Assembly: GCA_963745035.1 (NCBI GenBank)
Contig: CAVUVW010000013.1
Location: forward strand, 1,632,001-1,696,000
Origin: an uncultured delta proteobacterium
GTDB lineage: Bacteria; Desulfobacterota; Binatia; UBA9968
DNA length: 64,000 bases
Direction of reading: 5' to 3'
Below, piece by piece: positions 59,269 to 64,000 of the stretch (position 1 is its first letter; each line of letters opens with the position of its first letter). The notes beneath the pieces are model-generated. The model saw only the letters and a list, made by a program, of their open reading frames with translations, did no database searches and was not told the DNA's origin. The position numbers and the translations under genes were made by a program.

Positions 59269-60159
59269 ATGGCGGTTAATGACAAGAACTATTTCGATCC
59301 CAAGGTGCTCGCCGGCATCGCCAACCTTTCCCTGCGCGCGCGCTGGGTGGTCGAGGGGCTCATGTCCGGCGTGCACAAGAGCCGCGCCAAGGGCTTCAGC
59401 GTCGAGTTCGAGGAGCACCGCGAGTATTCGCCGGGCGACGAGATCCGGCGCATCGACTGGAAGGCGTTCGGTAAATTCGACCGCTATTTCATCAAAGAGT
59501 ACGAAGACGAAACCAACCTGCGCGCCTACCTGCTGCTCGACGCCAGCGCATCGATGAACTATGCGTCCGACGGCGTCACGAAATTCGACTACGCCTGCAC
59601 GCTCACGGCCTCGCTCGCTTATTTGATTCTCAAGCAGCAGGATGCCGCCGGCGTCGTGACCTTCTCCGATCGCATCGAAGCGTTCATCCCGCCGCGCGCC
59701 AAGCGCGATTATCTGGCGCAGATTCTCCACGCTCTGGAAAATCGCGGCCCGGGCGGCGAAACCAAGGTCGGCAAGATCCTCGACGACATCGCCGGCCAGG
59801 TGAAGCGCCGCGGCCTGATCGTCCTGGTCTCCGATCTGCTCGACGAGCCTGCGGAGATTCTCAAGGGCTTGCGCCAGTTTCGCTTCAAGGGCAACGACGT
59901 GATCGTGTTTCATGTGATGGATCCCGCCGAGCTCGACCTCCCTTTCGACGGCAACGTTTTGTTCGAAGATCTGGAAGCGACTAATATACGCGTGATTACC
60001 GATCCGCGCGCGATTCGGTCCACTTACCGGCAAGTGGTCGATGAATTTATTGCCGACATGCGCAAGCAGTGCCACGACAACGCCATCGACTATCAGTTGA
60101 TCTCGACGGCGACCCCGCTCGATCGGGCGCTCGCGAGCTATCTGAGCTGGCGGGGTTGA
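59269..60159 (+). CDS. DUF58 family vWA-related protein
   Basis: G.H.S..KGFSVEFEEHREYSPGDEIRRIDWK, LLDASASM, VSDLL. Confidence 0.92.
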   Translation: MAVNDKNYFDPKVLAGIANLSLRARWVVEGLMSGVHKSRAKGFSVEFEEHREYSPGDEIRRIDWKAFGKFDRYFIKEYEDETNLRAYLLLDASASMNYASDGVTKFDYACTLTASLAYLILKQQDAAGVVTFSDRIEAFIPPRAKRDYLAQILHALENRGPGGETKVGKILDDIAGQVKRRGLIVLVSDLLDEPAEILKGLRQFRFKGNDVIVFHVMDPAELDLPFDGNVLFEDLEATNIRVITDPRAIRSTYRQVVDEFIADMRKQCHDNAIDYQLISTATPLDRALASYLSWRG

Positions 60160-60166
60160 GCGCGGC

Positions 60167-62260
60167 ATGTCGCTGTTCTTTTTGTACCCGGCGTTCCTGG
60201 TCGGTCTGCTCGCCGCCTCTCTGCCGATCCTCATTCATCTGCTCAATCGCCGGCGCCTGCAGCGCATCCAATTTCCCGCCGTGCGCTTCATCTTGCTGTC
60301 GCAAAAGCGCATCTCGCGGAGCTATCGGCTGCGCCACTGGCTGCTGCTCGCGCTCCGCACTCTGGCGGTCGTGTTTCTTGTGCTGCTGCTCGCCAACCCG
60401 ATCTTTCAAACCGGCGCCGGACTTTTCGCCGGCGGCGGGCCGGTTTCCCTGGTCGTGCTGCTGGATAATTCGCTGAGCATGACCTGGAGCGGCGACGGCA
60501 ACGGCTTCGCCCAGGCCAAGGAGGCTGCGAAGATGCTGTTCGCGGCCCTCGACGACGGCGATCGCGCGGCGCTGGTGCCGACCAGTGTCACCGGCAAGGA
60601 AGTCATTCGCCTCAAGGGTCAGAAGGACGTGCTTTCGCGCGAGATCGACGCGGTCGAGATCGCCGACGGCACGGCCAACCTCGCGGCGGCGCTCGACAAG
60701 GCCTACGAGCTTTTGAGCGAGCCGGCCGGCCAAAAAGAAATCCGTCTGATCACCGATATGGGGCTCACGGGCTGGGACCAATTTTCCGTCGCCGCTTTGA
60801 AGCGGGTGGATCCGTCAATTCCCATCAAGGTGATTCGCATCGGCCGCAAGGAGCAGCCGCTCAACGCCAGCATCAGCTCGGTTCGTCTCGGCAGCCAAGG
60901 CGTCGGCGTGAATCTGCCGCTCCAGATCGAGGCGCGATTGAACAACTTCGGCGATCAGGAGATCAAGGACGTGCTCGTTCAGCTCAGCATCGACGGGCAG
61001 AACAAGGAACAAAAGCTCGCAACCCTGCCGCCGCGCGGCGAAGCAATGGTAAGTTTTCAGACTCGCGTTAGCCAAGCCGGCGCGCACACGGGACAGGTGA
61101 GCTTCAAAAAAGACGGGCTTGCCGGCAATCCGGTCGTCGATTTCACTCTTGACGCCCAGGATAAGCTCCGGGTGCTCGTGGTGGACGGCGATCCGCAGAC
61201 CTCGCTGGTGCAGAGCGATAGTTTTTTTCTGAGCCGTGCTCTGAACCCGACCGGCGAGCAGGGCTCATCGCTGTTTTTGCCGACGGTGATTCTCGCCGAC
61301 GGCTTGAACGCGGCGGCGCTCGATACTTATCAGGTCGTGATTCTCTGCAACGTCGCCGCGCTACCGGACGCTTTCGCAGGCCAACTGCAAACCTTTGTCC
61401 GCCAGGGTGGCGGGCTTCTGATCTTCGGCGGCGATAAGCTTCAGTCCGAAAGCTATAATCAGAAACTGGCGCAAACCGCGCCGGCGCAGTTGCGCGAGAA
61501 AAAGACCGGCCTCGAAGTCAACGGCGAAAAGATCGCCAAGTTCGACGCCGAGCATCCGGCGCTGCAGATTTTGAGCGATCCGATCTTGGCCGAATCGCTC
61601 AGCTCGAGCCGCGTCTGGGGCTACACGCGCGCGCAAGCGCGCGGCAAGCCGCTGATCGCGCTCGCCAACGGCGATCCGCTGCTCGCCGAGCAGAAAGTCG
61701 GCGACGGCAAGGTCATGCTGGTGACCACCACGGCAGATCGCGACTGGACCGACCTGCCGCTGAAGACCGCTTACCTGCCGCTGGTCCACGCAATCACGCA
61801 ATACCTGGCCGGCGGCAAGCGCGGGCAGTTGGACCCGGGGATTACGGTCAACACGGATAAGGAAATTTCGCTGGCGCCGACGTTTGTCGGTAAGAGCCTG
61901 CGCGTCACCAAGCCGAACAAACAGGAGACGGAAGTGCCGATCGTCGGCGCAAAGGAGCGCGCCCAAGCGACGATTACCGATAACGATCGCGCCGGCATTT
62001 ATCGTCTTTCGCTGGCAGCCGGCGCGGCGAAGGACAGCGGCGCGCCGCAGATGTACGCGGTCAACCGGCCGTTTCTCGAATCACGCCTGGAAGAAATTGG
62101 CGCGCGCGAGCTGCAAGCCAAGCTCGCGCCGGTCCGCGCCGAGGTGATTCCGGTCGAAGCCCTCAAGGAAGGCGGCAAGCGCACCGATCTCGCGCTTCCG
62201 CTCCTGGCGCTGTTGATTGTAACTTTGTTGCTCGAGGGCTGGCTGGGACAGAGGTTTTAA
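60167..62260 (+). CDS. BatA-N + vWA + CARDB-like/GATase-like membrane protein
   Basis: LPILIHLLNRR (BatA N-term), LDNSLSM MIDAS, ITD, FVRQGGGLLIF, DWTDLP, C-terminal TM. Confidence 0.85.
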   Translation: MSLFFLYPAFLVGLLAASLPILIHLLNRRRLQRIQFPAVRFILLSQKRISRSYRLRHWLLLALRTLAVVFLVLLLANPIFQTGAGLFAGGGPVSLVVLLDNSLSMTWSGDGNGFAQAKEAAKMLFAALDDGDRAALVPTSVTGKEVIRLKGQKDVLSREIDAVEIADGTANLAAALDKAYELLSEPAGQKEIRLITDMGLTGWDQFSVAALKRVDPSIPIKVIRIGRKEQPLNASISSVRLGSQGVGVNLPLQIEARLNNFGDQEIKDVLVQLSIDGQNKEQKLATLPPRGEAMVSFQTRVSQAGAHTGQVSFKKDGLAGNPVVDFTLDAQDKLRVLVVDGDPQTSLVQSDSFFLSRALNPTGEQGSSLFLPTVILADGLNAAALDTYQVVILCNVAALPDAFAGQLQTFVRQGGGLLIFGGDKLQSESYNQKLAQTAPAQLREKKTGLEVNGEKIAKFDAEHPALQILSDPILAESLSSSRVWGYTRAQARGKPLIALANGDPLLAEQKVGDGKVMLVTTTADRDWTDLPLKTAYLPLVHAITQYLAGGKRGQLDPGITVNTDKEISLAPTFVGKSLRVTKPNKQETEVPIVGAKERAQATITDNDRAGIYRLSLAAGAAKDSGAPQMYAVNRPFLESRLEEIGARELQAKLAPVRAEVIPVEALKEGGKRTDLALPLLALLIVTLLLEGWLGQRF

Positions 62261-62349
62261 GAAGTAAAAAGTAAAAAGGCAAAATTAAAAAGGGACAGAA
62301 GTCTGACTTTTCCTAACTTTTGACTTTTTACTTTTCACTTTTAACTTCT
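62260..62349. repeat. AT-rich heptamer-periodic hairpin (AAGTAAA / TTTTACT-type units)
   Basis: AAGTAAA AAGTAAA AAGGCAA AATTAAA ... CTTTTGA CTTTTTA CTTTTCA CTTTTAA CTT. Confidence 0.75.
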
Positions 62350-62355
62350 AATCGT

Positions 62356-63129
62356 ATGAATCGCCGAAAATTCATCCAAACGATCGCTTACGGCATGCTC
62401 GGGTCAGGGCTCGCGCCGGATGTCGCGCGCGCCGCCGCGGCGGCCGACGACAAGCGCCGGCTGCAGTTCGTCTTTGCCCAGATCAAATATCGCGGCGGCG
62501 ACTGGAACCCGCATCCTTTGTCGGTGACGCCACTCATGGAAGAGCTGATGGCGCGCACCAGCGTGGAGGCCGCGCCGGCGCCCCACGAAGCGACCCTCGC
62601 CGATCGCGATTTATTCAACTATCCGTTTCTCTATCTCGCGGGCAAGTACGAGTTCGAACCGTTTACGCTGGAAGAGATCGAGAACCTGCGCCGCTTTCTC
62701 ACCTACGGCGGTTTCTTGCTGATCGACGATGCGCTCGGCCAGCAAGGCTACGGCTTCGACAAGGCCGTGCGCCGCGAAATGCAGCGGATTTTTCCCGGCA
62801 ACGAGTTCAAGCGCATTCCGCCCGGCCATGCGGCGCTGCGTAGCTATTATTTACTGCGCCGCGTCGGCGGCGTGCGCATCGTCAGCCCGAACCTCGACGG
62901 CATCGTCGTCGGCACTTCGATGCCGGTCGTCTACTGTCAAAACGATCTCGGCGGCGCCTGGGAGCGCGACCAGACAGGCAAATGGATCAACCCCTGCACG
63001 CCCGGCGGCGAAGCCCAGCGGCGCGACGCGTTTCATCTGGGCATCAATCTGATCCTTTACGCGATGACGGAAAATTACAAAGACGACTTGATCCACGTGC
63101 CGTTCATCCGGCGCCGGCTCACCCGCTAA
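62356..63129 (+). CDS. DUF4159 family protein with Tat signal
   Basis: MNRRKFIQ twin-arginine leader; YPFLY, LRRFL..GGFLLIDD, NDLGGAW, GINLILYA. Confidence 0.85.
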   Translation: MNRRKFIQTIAYGMLGSGLAPDVARAAAAADDKRRLQFVFAQIKYRGGDWNPHPLSVTPLMEELMARTSVEAAPAPHEATLADRDLFNYPFLYLAGKYEFEPFTLEEIENLRRFLTYGGFLLIDDALGQQGYGFDKAVRREMQRIFPGNEFKRIPPGHAALRSYYLLRRVGGVRIVSPNLDGIVVGTSMPVVYCQNDLGGAWERDQTGKWINPCTPGGEAQRRDAFHLGINLILYAMTENYKDDLIHVPFIRRRLTR

Positions 63130-63132
63130 GCC

Positions 63133-64000
63133 ATGCAGGATCTTTATCTCATCGGCGCCGTGCCCCAATGGCTGATCGCGCTGATCGCGCTCGCCACTCT
63201 GGCCTTGCTGGTCCAGCAGTTCTTCGGCCTCAGGCGGCGGCTGCCGCTCGGCCAGGGTCTGTTTCTCACGGCGCTCCGCGCGGTCGTCTACGCGAGCTTG
63301 ATCTTTTTTCTCTTCGGCCCGGCGCTCATTGATCGGCGGACGACCAAACTGCGCCGGCCGCTGACTGTGCTGATCGATAGCTCGCAGAGCATGAGTTTTC
63401 CGGCGGACACAGGAACTGCATCGGGCGATAAAACACCGGCGAGCCGGCTTGACCTAGTGCGCGAGAAGCTCACGGCGGGAGAGGAGCCGTTGATCCAGAA
63501 ATTGAATCGCGACTACGATCTCCGCTTGGCCCGCTTCGGCACGACCATCGAGCCCATTGCGCCGGGCAGCTTACCTGGAATGCGCCCCCAAGACCCGGGA
63601 ACGAGACTCATCGAGCTGCTCCAGGCCGCCGCGCGCGAAAGCGTGGCGCAGTCCGCGATTATCGTCTTCAGCGACGGCATCGCCAACGGCGATCGGAAAA
63701 CGCTTGACGGCATGGCGCCCCTGCCGGTGCCGGTTTTCGCCGTCGGCGTCGGCCCGGCGGAAGGCTTTACCGACGTACGCATCGCCAAGCTCGGCGCGCC
63801 GGAGTTCGCCTTTCGCGGCCGCGAGTTCAAGATCGATCTGACGATCCAAGCCTCTGGCATGAAGGGCAGGACCGTGCCCCTGCTCTTCAATCGCGGCCGA
63901 AACCTGATCACGACGCGCCAAGTCGCCATCGACAGCGACTTGTTCGAGCACAAAGTGACCCTCGCCTTTACGCCCAAAGAGATCGGCACCCACGGCTTTT
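63133..64000 (+). CDS. Membrane vWA-domain protein of the MoxR cluster, truncated by the window edge
   Basis: Manual translation MQDLYLIGAVPQWLIAL...LIDSSQSM (MIDAS)...FSDG...PVFAVGVG; open to the end of the window. Confidence 0.8.
   Translation, partial: MQDLYLIGAVPQWLIALIALATLALLVQQFFGLRRRLPLGQGLFLTALRAVVYASLIFFLFGPALIDRRTTKLRRPLTVLIDSSQSMSFPADTGTASGDKTPASRLDLVREKLTAGEEPLIQKLNRDYDLRLARFGTTIEPIAPGSLPGMRPQDPGTRLIELLQAAARESVAQSAIIVFSDGIANGDRKTLDGMAPLPVPVFAVGVGPAEGFTDVRIAKLGAPEFAFRGREFKIDLTIQASGMKGRTVPLLFNRGRNLITTRQVAIDSDLFEHKVTLAFTPKEIGTHGF

Overview
GC-rich bacterial chromosomal segment with about 60 genes. I saw no rRNA, tRNA, CRISPR array, integrase or transposase. The many orphan NMT1/SsuA and Bug/TctC solute-binding proteins, LVIVD and VOC proteins and heptamer-repeat intergenic hairpins resemble Candidatus Binatia-type genomes (inference). 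Housekeeping genes include gltA, sixA, sthA, corA, ridA, lemA/htpX, hisI/hisG and a polar amino acid ABC operon. Highlights: (1) an AT-richer, translationally coupled three-gene cassette (25063-28207) encoding a YLDPGSGS membrane micropeptide, a NoeA-like protein that looks like a protein-kinase-like domain fused to a SAM methyltransferase (a reversed WbdD architecture), and a membrane alkaline-phosphatase-superfamily transferase; (2) a selenoprotein missed by the ORF track, glycine reductase protein A (CFV-UGA-TAAG plus a SECIS-like hairpin), in an isolated grdC-grdA pair; (3) an uncharacterised DUF4175/peptidase/MoxR/DUF58/vWA/DUF4159 operon running off the right end; (4) several enzyme homologues with altered catalytic residues, an orphan EutA, a ferredoxin with a split cluster motif and a CutA-NUDIX fusion. 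Several genes carry single-base frameshifts, some in homopolymers, most likely long-read assembly errors. All family assignments come from motif recognition by eye; no searches were run.
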